The notes beneath the pieces were generated by a model. The model had not been told where the DNA came from. It searched no databases and saw only the letters and a list, made by a program, of their open reading frames with translations. The translations under genes were made by a program, and so were the position numbers. Of a stretch of 53,444 nucleotides of DNA, positions 9,066 through 16,788 are shown in pieces (the first letter of the stretch is position 1; the number at the start of each line of letters is the position of its first letter). The DNA comes from a virus. Its lineage: Duplodnaviria; Caudoviricetes. The stretch is taken from the IMG/VR virus record IMGVR_UViG_3300007609_000025, positions 1 through 53,444 of that record; one strand, written 5' to 3'.

Positions 9066-10141
9066 TGGCCATAATCAAACCAGACTCTAAAATAGGCGCT
9101 AATAATGTCATATACCCTGGCAGCGATGCCCCTTTAGATATCGTTAGCGGGTCTACTAATGCTGTTTCTAGGTATTTAACTCGTACATCTAATGGTCAGC
9201 TACAATGGCAAGACATAGACAGTAACTATACTTTTGAGCTGTATACTATACCTCCTACTGCATATGGCAGCGTAAGCGGTTACGCCTCTGGAGGAGAATC
9301 GCCTTCACCAAGCCCCGCATTTAAGGATATAATAGATAAGTTTCCTTTTGCATCGGACACCAATGCGAGTGATGTAGGCAATTTGACAATAGCAAGATCT
9401 GATGTTACTGGACAATCTAGCTCAGTTAGCGGTTACACCTCTGGGTACCACCAAGCCTTAGCAGGAACAATCGATAAGTTTCCTTTTGCAGCAGATACAA
9501 ATGCAAGCGATGTAGGCGATCTCTCACAAGCAAGAGGTAATCTAGCAGGGCAATCTAGTCCTACATCAGGTTATAGTTCAGGAGGTGTTGATTCGCCATC
9601 CACGGACACTATAGACAAGTTTCCTTTTTCTTCTGATAGCAATGCAACTGATGTAGGAGATTTAACTGCAGCAAGACACTTTGTAGCAGGGCAGTCTAGT
9701 GACAGTTTTGGATATTCTTCTGGGGGTTTTGGAGCGCCTGAAGGGGATATTATAGATAAATTTCCTTTTAGTTCAGATTCAAATGCAACTGATGTAGGAG
9801 ATTTAACAATTCCTAATTTACTCGTAACGTCTACTCAGTCTAGCTCCGAAAGTGGCTATGTTTCAGGAGGTAGAAGATCTGGGACGCCTGTAGCAATATA
9901 CAGTACAGTACAAAAGTTTCCTTTTGCTACAGATACAAATGCAAGCTATGTAGGCTCTTTAACACAAGCTAGATATTCAGCAACAGGCCAGTCTAGTATA
10001 GAGAATGGATACACCTCTGGAGGCTTCGCTCCTCCATATACTAACACAATTGATAAGTTCTCCTTTGATTCTGACGCTAATGCAACTGACGTAGGAAACC
10101 TTACAAATGCAAGAATCTACTCAGCAGGACAACAAACTTAA
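9065..10141 (+). CDS. Six-bladed Kelch-like repeat protein, paralogue 2
   Basis: Same six repeats; ends AGQQT. Confidence 0.75.
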   Translation: MAIIKPDSKIGANNVIYPGSDAPLDIVSGSTNAVSRYLTRTSNGQLQWQDIDSNYTFELYTIPPTAYGSVSGYASGGESPSPSPAFKDIIDKFPFASDTNASDVGNLTIARSDVTGQSSSVSGYTSGYHQALAGTIDKFPFAADTNASDVGDLSQARGNLAGQSSPTSGYSSGGVDSPSTDTIDKFPFSSDSNATDVGDLTAARHFVAGQSSDSFGYSSGGFGAPEGDIIDKFPFSSDSNATDVGDLTIPNLLVTSTQSSSESGYVSGGRRSGTPVAIYSTVQKFPFATDTNASYVGSLTQARYSATGQSSIENGYTSGGFAPPYTNTIDKFSFDSDANATDVGNLTNARIYSAGQQT

Positions 10142-10154
10142 AGAAAGTATAAAT

Positions 10155-10889
10155 ATGACACCACAACAAGTTTTTGAAAAACAAAGATATGCACTATTTA
10201 ACAATGTTTTATCACATGAAACTTGCAAATTTTTAAGCAACTATATGTTTTTAAAGAGAGATGCAGGGTATTTAGAGCCTCCAGTAGAGCTTGGAGGTAG
10301 CGATAATCAATGCCCTCGCAGCTGGAGTATATATGGAGATCCTGCTTTTGACACTTTACTCTCCCAACTTGCTCCCTCTCTTTCTACTATGTTGGGCATT
10401 GATCTACTCCCTGCGTACACGTACGCTAGAATATATCAACCAGGTGAAGTGTTAGAGTGGCACGTAGATCGTCCTAGTTGTGAGATATCAGGCACAATGA
10501 CTATAGGTAAAAGTGATGGCGCAAATTGGCCTATATATGTAGGCACTCCGGGAAGTACTGAACGAGTAGGAAAGCCTATAGATATTGATACGGGTGAGCT
10601 ACTTATGTACTCAGGCTGTGAAGTGCCTCATTGGCGAGACGAGTTTGACGGAGAATGGCAAGTTCAAGTATTTTTTCATTATGTACGTAAAGATGGTCCT
10701 TATGCTAAAGAGCATATTCGAGACGGAAGAGCTAGTTTAGGGATATTAGGATCTAGTGATGCTCATTATAAGCAAGTTGATAGAATTGTGAAATATGCAG
10801 TAGAAGGCCCTCCTACCCCTTCTGTAAAACCCCCTACCACTAAAGCTACTAATACTAGTTCTTTACAACCCTTTAAATTCGAGGCTTAA
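10155..10889 (+). CDS. 2OG-Fe(II) oxygenase
   Basis: YARIY..G..L.WHVDRPSCEIS.T...WPIY...HWR...QVFFHY; start at ATG 10155 avoids overlap with the upstream gene. Confidence 0.8.
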   Translation: MTPQQVFEKQRYALFNNVLSHETCKFLSNYMFLKRDAGYLEPPVELGGSDNQCPRSWSIYGDPAFDTLLSQLAPSLSTMLGIDLLPAYTYARIYQPGEVLEWHVDRPSCEISGTMTIGKSDGANWPIYVGTPGSTERVGKPIDIDTGELLMYSGCEVPHWRDEFDGEWQVQVFFHYVRKDGPYAKEHIRDGRASLGILGSSDAHYKQVDRIVKYAVEGPPTPSVKPPTTKATNTSSLQPFKFEA

Positions 10890-10890
10890 A

Positions 10891-11502
10891 ATGTTACTAC
10901 TAGAACGTAAACTACCATCAACTCCTTCCTTAGTTGCCCACAACGAAGATACGTGTGATGACCCTAAACTATATTTCTCTCCAGAAGAATGTAACTGGAT
11001 TAGATCTTGGGCAGAGTCTAAAACACCTCAGTTTGCCTCAGTAGGTACTGGAGATCAGCACGAGGTTAGGCGTAGTACTCGAGATGTATATTTATACGGT
11101 ATGCCTCGTAATGAACAAACTGATGGCCTATTTAAAAAGATTTTACATCAGGTAGATTATGCTAATACCCGTGCTTTTGATTTTGAGCTTAACGGTATTA
11201 TGCACGATCTACAGATTTTAAAATACACGCATGAGACAAAACAACACTACGACTGGCACATAGATATTAGCGGTGGAGACGCTTATGGCCGTAAAATATC
11301 TTATATAATACAACTAAGTGATGAAAGTGAGTATGAGGGAGGTAATTTAGAAATATTCGATGGCAACTCCCATACAGCGCCTAAAAAACAAGGAAGTGTT
11401 GTAATGTTTCCTAGTTATGTATGTCATAGAGTTTCTCCAGTGACAGCTGGGACTCGCTGGAGCTTAGTAATATGGATACAAGGAACGCAGCATTTTAGAT
11501 AA
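10891..11502 (+). CDS. 2OG-Fe(II) oxygenase, PKHD/prolyl-4-hydroxylase type
   Basis: YDWHID...RKIS.IIQLSD..EYEGG.L...FPSY..HRV.PVT.GTRWSLV.W. Confidence 0.88.
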   Translation: MLLLERKLPSTPSLVAHNEDTCDDPKLYFSPEECNWIRSWAESKTPQFASVGTGDQHEVRRSTRDVYLYGMPRNEQTDGLFKKILHQVDYANTRAFDFELNGIMHDLQILKYTHETKQHYDWHIDISGGDAYGRKISYIIQLSDESEYEGGNLEIFDGNSHTAPKKQGSVVMFPSYVCHRVSPVTAGTRWSLVIWIQGTQHFR

Positions 11503-13772
11503 TGGCAATATTTAAATCACCTACTACTATAAACGATAAAGAGGCATTAGTCGCCCCAGCTTTGGGCGTTAATACCTCTTTTTCTTTTGCTAACACAGTG
11601 TCTAACGCTACTGCTATTGTTGTAGCAGGCAATAATGAAGTTTCTTACGCTTTTTCTGAAATTGAAGTAGGTGCGATATCTCCTGATGCTGAATTTTTAA
11701 ATTTATACTCTATAAGTTCCACAACCTCTAATGTTAATGAAAACGTTTCTATTTCTTTTACTGTATCTTCTATCGCAGAGCCTAACAGCACGCTATACTG
11801 GTCAGTGAGTGGTGCAGGAATAACAGATACAGACTTCTCCTCCCCTACCTCTGCAGTAAGTGCTGGAGGCACAGTTACACTAGTTGAAGGCGAAGGTAGT
11901 TTTACGCTAACTGCTAACGCAGACTTAACTACTGAAGGAGAAGAGAGCTTTGATGTAAATATCAGTGCAGAGGATCCTAGTATAAGTACTCCAGCTGTAG
12001 GGCAACAACAATTTACTGCTACGGGCACACAAACTTGGACAGTGCCCTCAGGAGTGACTAGTATATCAGTAGTAACCGTAGGCGGAGGCGGAGGTGCTTC
12101 AGCATGCCCAGGTAGTAGTAATAACTCAGGAGGCGGCGGAGGCGGAGGAGGACTTTCTTACGTTAATAATATACCTGTTACTCCCGGAGAAACACTTTCT
12201 ATTTCTGTAGGTGCTGGAGGCTCTGGAGGGGCCTCTGGTACTTCTTCAGGGGCTTCAGGAGGGACTACTAGTGTGCTCAGAGGAGCCACTGTTTTAGTTA
12301 GGGCAACAGGCGGGGCAGGAGGATCTAATTCTGGTACTACTGCTTCAGGAGGCTCATCTGTAGTAGGCTCCGGAGGCTCGGGAGGCTCGGGAGGAGCCGC
12401 TCAAAATAACAACGGAGGCGGCGGAGGGGGAGGCGCTGCTGGCTACTCTGGTAATGGAGGCAACGCAGGTACAGGTAATACCGGAACAGGAGCCAACGGT
12501 AGCGGAGGCGGCGGTGGAGGCGGCGGAGGCCAATCTGCCGGAGGTACTCAAGATAATGGCGGCGGGGGGGTAGGACTACTCGGTCAAGGCGCTAATGGTC
12601 TAGGAGGTTCTACAGATTCCCCTGGAACTGGAGGCTCTGGCGGCGTAACTGGGCAAAGTGGAGGTAATGGAGGAGCTTACGGTGGAGGCGGGGGTGGTAA
12701 AGAAGATGATACTCCAGGCCGTGGCGGTAATGGTGCTCAAGGAGCTGTTCGTATTATTTGGGGGGATGGTAGAGCTTTCCCTTCTACAGACACTCAAGAT
12801 TTAACCCCTCAAGAAGGATCGTCAGGAACTCCTATTATAGCTTCCACAAATCCTTCTATTGTTATAAATGATACTTCTTTATCTATCCCTACCCAGGCAC
12901 AAGGCAGTGTGAGCGGTTACACCTCTGGAGGTTTTGCTCCTGGGGAGGTAAACACTATAGACAAATTTCCATTCGCAGCAGATACAAATGCAACAGATGT
13001 GGGAGATCTAACACAGGCAAGATCTCGGGTAGCAGGTCAGTCTAGTGATACTAGCGGTTACACCTCTGGAGGATTTGCTCCTCCATATACTAACACTATA
13101 GACAAGTTCCCCTTTAGCTCAGATACAAATGCAACTGACGTAGGTAACCTCATACAAGCAAGAGATCGTGCAGCAGGACAGTCGAGTGAGACTAGCGGTT
13201 ACTCCTCTGGGGGGCAAACAAACCCCACAAAAGTTAACACTATAGATAAGTTTCCCTTCAGCTCAGATACAAGTGCAAGCAACGTGGGGGATTTAACCAC
13301 AATAAGAGCAAGTTCAGCAGGACAGTCAAGTGAGACTAGTGGTTACTCCTCTGGAGGCATCATGGGCTCCACGACCCCAAGTGCACTTAATGTAATAGAG
13401 AAATTCCCCTTCGCTACAGATACAAATGCATCAGATGTGGGCAATTTAATTCAGCCTAGGTATCTGACAGCAGGTCAGTCAAGTCAGTCAAGTGGTTACA
13501 CCTCTGGGGGTACCCAGCCTCCACTTATCATCACTATAGAGAAATTCCCCTTCAGCTCAGATACAAATTCAACTGCCGTAGGCGATTTAACACAAGCTAG
13601 ATGGTTAGGTGCAAGCCAGTCAAGTGAGACTAGTGGTTACTCCTCTGGAGGATTATATTCCTCTCCTAATAGTGATATAATAGACAAGTTCCCTTTTAGT
13701 TCAGATAGCAATGCAACTGACGTAGGTGATTTAACACAAGCAAGACGGAGCTCAGCAGGACAGCAAATTTAA
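11502..13772 (+). CDS. Virion protein: Ig/Calx-beta-like domain, glycine-rich domain, six Kelch-like repeats (paralogue 3)
   Basis: TLYWSVSG...DF...ADLTTEGEESF; TWTVPSGVTSISVV.VGGGG...GAQGAVRIIWG; six repeats ending AGQQI. Confidence 0.75.
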   Translation: MAIFKSPTTINDKEALVAPALGVNTSFSFANTVSNATAIVVAGNNEVSYAFSEIEVGAISPDAEFLNLYSISSTTSNVNENVSISFTVSSIAEPNSTLYWSVSGAGITDTDFSSPTSAVSAGGTVTLVEGEGSFTLTANADLTTEGEESFDVNISAEDPSISTPAVGQQQFTATGTQTWTVPSGVTSISVVTVGGGGGASACPGSSNNSGGGGGGGGLSYVNNIPVTPGETLSISVGAGGSGGASGTSSGASGGTTSVLRGATVLVRATGGAGGSNSGTTASGGSSVVGSGGSGGSGGAAQNNNGGGGGGGAAGYSGNGGNAGTGNTGTGANGSGGGGGGGGGQSAGGTQDNGGGGVGLLGQGANGLGGSTDSPGTGGSGGVTGQSGGNGGAYGGGGGGKEDDTPGRGGNGAQGAVRIIWGDGRAFPSTDTQDLTPQEGSSGTPIIASTNPSIVINDTSLSIPTQAQGSVSGYTSGGFAPGEVNTIDKFPFAADTNATDVGDLTQARSRVAGQSSDTSGYTSGGFAPPYTNTIDKFPFSSDTNATDVGNLIQARDRAAGQSSETSGYSSGGQTNPTKVNTIDKFPFSSDTSASNVGDLTTIRASSAGQSSETSGYSSGGIMGSTTPSALNVIEKFPFATDTNASDVGNLIQPRYLTAGQSSQSSGYTSGGTQPPLIITIEKFPFSSDTNSTAVGDLTQARWLGASQSSETSGYSSGGLYSSPNSDIIDKFPFSSDSNATDVGDLTQARRSSAGQQI

Positions 13773-13783
13773 AAGATATTAAT

Positions 13784-15052
13784 ATGAATGATAACTATTT
13801 TAAAATACCCGTAGATAGGCTAGTAAGTAAATTACCAGCTAAATTCGGGTTTAATCAATTTAACCCTAGCCAAGCAGCAATGCTTGAAGGGTTAGAAGAG
13901 CACCGATTTTGGACTCATATATCTGCTAGACGTACGGGTAAGTCTAGTGCTGCTGCTGTTTTAGCTTTAGCTAAGCTGTTAGAGCCTAACCAGCAGGTGC
14001 TTGTAGTAGCCCCTGACTATAATCTTTCTTCTATTATATGGGACTATACTACTGAGCTTATAGAGGCGCTAGGGATTGAAACTAAGAGACTAAACCTAAA
14101 AGATAGAGTTGTTAGACTTGTTAACGATAGTACTTTTAGGCTTCTATCTGCTAATAACCGTAGTTCTCTAGTAGGTAGAGCAGCTCACTTACTAATTGTT
14201 GACGAAGCTGCAATTATACAAGATGATGAATATTTTACTAGAGACCTAAGACCCGCACTATCAACCTATGAAGGTTCTAGAGCTCTATTCATATCTACTC
14301 CTAGAGGAGAAGGAAACTATCTTTATAAGTATTTTTGCAGAGGCGCAGATGAAAACTATCCAGAATGGGGTAGCGGTCTATTTCCTTGGCATGTTAATCC
14401 AGCACTAAAAGAAGCAGATATTTCTGAGGCTAAACGAACACTTCCTCCTTCTATATTTAGGCAAGAGTACTATTGTGATTGGGTTAGCTTTGAAGGGCAA
14501 ATATACCCTGTTAAAGATGATCTACATGTACGAGACTTAAAGTCCCATATAGAACCACATGACGATAGATATATGTTTATAGCAGGACTAGATATGGGCT
14601 ATAGAGATGATACTGCTTTTGTAGTATTAGCTACTGATGGTTCTTCATATTACATAATGGATGAGTATGTAGCGTCTGAAGGTACTACTTCTTCTCATGC
14701 AGAAGTAATATCTAAGATGATTGAGGATTGGGGTATTGAAAATATATATATTGACTCTGCCAACCAACAAACTAAAGCTGATTTAGCTTATGACTATGAT
14801 ATTTTTTGTGAAAGCGCAATAAAATCTGTTAATGATGGTATAGGCTATTTACAAGTATTAGTAGAGAATGAACAGTTACTATTCGATATTGAAGGATCTT
14901 CTAGAACTTACTCTAGTTTTAAAGACTATAGATGGAATACTAAAGGTGAAAAATCTAAACCATTACATAGTTGGAGTTCTCACTGTTGTGACGCGGTACG
15001 CTATGCAATATATACCCATGCTAAAAATGCTTCAGTTAGTATATACGCCTAG
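13784..15052 (+). CDS. terL: Terminase large subunit (T5-like)
   Basis: Walker A RRTGKS, Walker B LLIVDEAA, FISTPRG, nuclease motifs GLDMG and SHCCDAVRY. Confidence 0.95.
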   Translation: MNDNYFKIPVDRLVSKLPAKFGFNQFNPSQAAMLEGLEEHRFWTHISARRTGKSSAAAVLALAKLLEPNQQVLVVAPDYNLSSIIWDYTTELIEALGIETKRLNLKDRVVRLVNDSTFRLLSANNRSSLVGRAAHLLIVDEAAIIQDDEYFTRDLRPALSTYEGSRALFISTPRGEGNYLYKYFCRGADENYPEWGSGLFPWHVNPALKEADISEAKRTLPPSIFRQEYYCDWVSFEGQIYPVKDDLHVRDLKSHIEPHDDRYMFIAGLDMGYRDDTAFVVLATDGSSYYIMDEYVASEGTTSSHAEVISKMIEDWGIENIYIDSANQQTKADLAYDYDIFCESAIKSVNDGIGYLQVLVENEQLLFDIEGSSRTYSSFKDYRWNTKGEKSKPLHSWSSHCCDAVRYAIYTHAKNASVSIYA

Positions 15053-15091
15053 CATTATTAGTATAAAAAGTAAAAGATCCAAAATAAATTT

Positions 15092-15120
15092 TTGACTTAA
15101 CACACTATAAGAATTATAAT
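15092..15120 (+). promoter_or_regulatory. Sigma70-type promoter
   Basis: TTGACT-N17-TATAAT with an AT-rich upstream element. Confidence 0.8.
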
Positions 15121-15127
15121 TTAATAA

Positions 15128-15529
15128 ATGACAGAATTAAAAAGATTACCTGTAAAATACGTAAGAGACTTTATAAAAAAAGACTATAAATACGATGACT
15201 CCTGCTTTATATGTGGTAGCACAGAAAAACTAGAGCTACATCATATTTATAGTATATCTGAACTATGGAATAATTGGTTAGATAAAAATAAGTATAAAGA
15301 TCTTGACCTAGAAGATATAATGAATCTTCGTGTAATATTTTACAATGAACATAAAGAGCAGCTAGATCAGCATAATCTATATACCTTATGTAAAAGTCAC
15401 CACCAAAGACTGCATAACATATACGGGTCTAGGTATTCTAATTGGCGATCTGAGAAAGTAAAAGCTTGGATTATAGCTCAAAAACAAAAACTTGGAGAGA
15501 AAAATGGCTGGGCCGATACAGTGGATTAG
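15128..15529 (+). CDS. HNH endonuclease, T5 nicking-endonuclease type
   Basis: CFICG...LELHH...TLCKSHH.RLH.IYG; located between terL and portal as in T5. Confidence 0.8.
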   Translation: MTELKRLPVKYVRDFIKKDYKYDDSCFICGSTEKLELHHIYSISELWNNWLDKNKYKDLDLEDIMNLRVIFYNEHKEQLDQHNLYTLCKSHHQRLHNIYGSRYSNWRSEKVKAWIIAQKQKLGEKNGWADTVD

Positions 15530-16784
15530 AGAAAAATTAAACCCAATTCAGCCTTATCTACAAAGCCAAGAACCGTTAATACACCCTGATAGCAATGTCG
15601 ACTATAGAGCGGCTTATGATCAAGTAGAGCTAATTCATAGGTGTATAGAAATGATAATAAATTCAGTAGTAGGTATTCCTTTTGCAATAGGTGCTGATAC
15701 ACAAGGTGGTCCGGTAAAAAAAGTAAATAAATTACTAAACGAAAGACCTAACCCTTTTGAAGACAGAACTAGGTTTTTTAGACGTGCTGTTATGGACTTA
15801 TTGTTAGATGGTAATGTATTCTTCTACTATGACGGTAAAGACATTTACATATTACCAGCAAATGATATAGAAATACAAACAGACGCTAAACGTTTTGTTA
15901 AAAGTTATACTTACTTATTAAGTAGTTCTGGTACTAGTTATGATTCAGGCTTTGAGCCTTTTGCAGGTAGTTCTTCTAGAAACCCTCCTAGAGACACTCA
16001 AGAGACTACTAAAATAGAGTTTGACGCTTCCGAAGTTATACATATACGAGACGACAATGACGATAGTATATTTAGAGGTAAGAGCAGACTTAGAAGCTTA
16101 ACAGACCTAATAAATCTATACTATGCATTATTAAAGTTCCAGAAACAGTTTTTCAAAAATAACGCTATACCAGGCGTTGTACTTACAACAGATAACGTAT
16201 TAAACACAAAGATTAAAGAGCGACTGTTACAAAGCTGGAGAAATAGTTATACTACTATATTTAATGGGGCTAGAAATCCTGCTATTTTAGACGGCGGCTT
16301 AAAAATAGATAAGTTCAGTGAAGTTAACTTTCAAAGCCTGGATTTTGAGAGTAGTGTAGAAAGACTACAGCAAGATATGGCTAAAGCTCTAGGTGTACCT
16401 TATGTGCTTCTAAAAAGTGGTAATAATGCTAATATAGCTACAAACCAAGTACTATTTTATGAGCATACTATAATACCCATAGTTCAGCAATTTGCTAGCG
16501 CCTTTGAGCATTATTTTAATAGCGTTAAGATAAGGCCTGAACTTATACATATACCTGCGTTGCAGCCAGATTTAAAGTCTCAAGCGCAGTATTACTCATC
16601 TTTAGTGAATGCAGGAATAATAACAGCAGATGAAGCTAGATTAAAATTACATTTTCCTGCTATTAATGATGATACTACCAATAAAATTCGTATACCTCAA
16701 AACATAGCAGGAAGTGCAACCTCCCCCGAATTAGGAGGTAGGCCGGATAATACGGATATTGAGAACACATTAGAATCGGAGTGA
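15504..16784 (+). CDS. Portal protein (HK97/T5-like)
   Basis: LLNERPNPF, LLLDGN, EVIHIRD, FFKNNAIPG, ILDGGLK, ITADEAR; ATG 15504 follows GGAGA. Confidence 0.93.
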   Translation: MAGPIQWIREKLNPIQPYLQSQEPLIHPDSNVDYRAAYDQVELIHRCIEMIINSVVGIPFAIGADTQGGPVKKVNKLLNERPNPFEDRTRFFRRAVMDLLLDGNVFFYYDGKDIYILPANDIEIQTDAKRFVKSYTYLLSSSGTSYDSGFEPFAGSSSRNPPRDTQETTKIEFDASEVIHIRDDNDDSIFRGKSRLRSLTDLINLYYALLKFQKQFFKNNAIPGVVLTTDNVLNTKIKERLLQSWRNSYTTIFNGARNPAILDGGLKIDKFSEVNFQSLDFESSVERLQQDMAKALGVPYVLLKSGNNANIATNQVLFYEHTIIPIVQQFASAFEHYFNSVKIRPELIHIPALQPDLKSQAQYYSSLVNAGIITADEARLKLHFPAINDDTTNKIRIPQNIAGSATSPELGGRPDNTDIENTLESE

Positions 16785-16788
16785 ACAA

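Noticed and set aside
12000-12790. High-GC island or collagen-like gene
   Set aside because: The GC rise is explained by Gly codons of a glycine-rich domain that lacks strict Gly-X-Y periodicity.
8215-13769. Diversity-generating retroelement behind the variable propeller loops
   Set aside because: No reverse transcriptase or non-coding template repeat in the window, and the differences include indels and are not adenine-specific.
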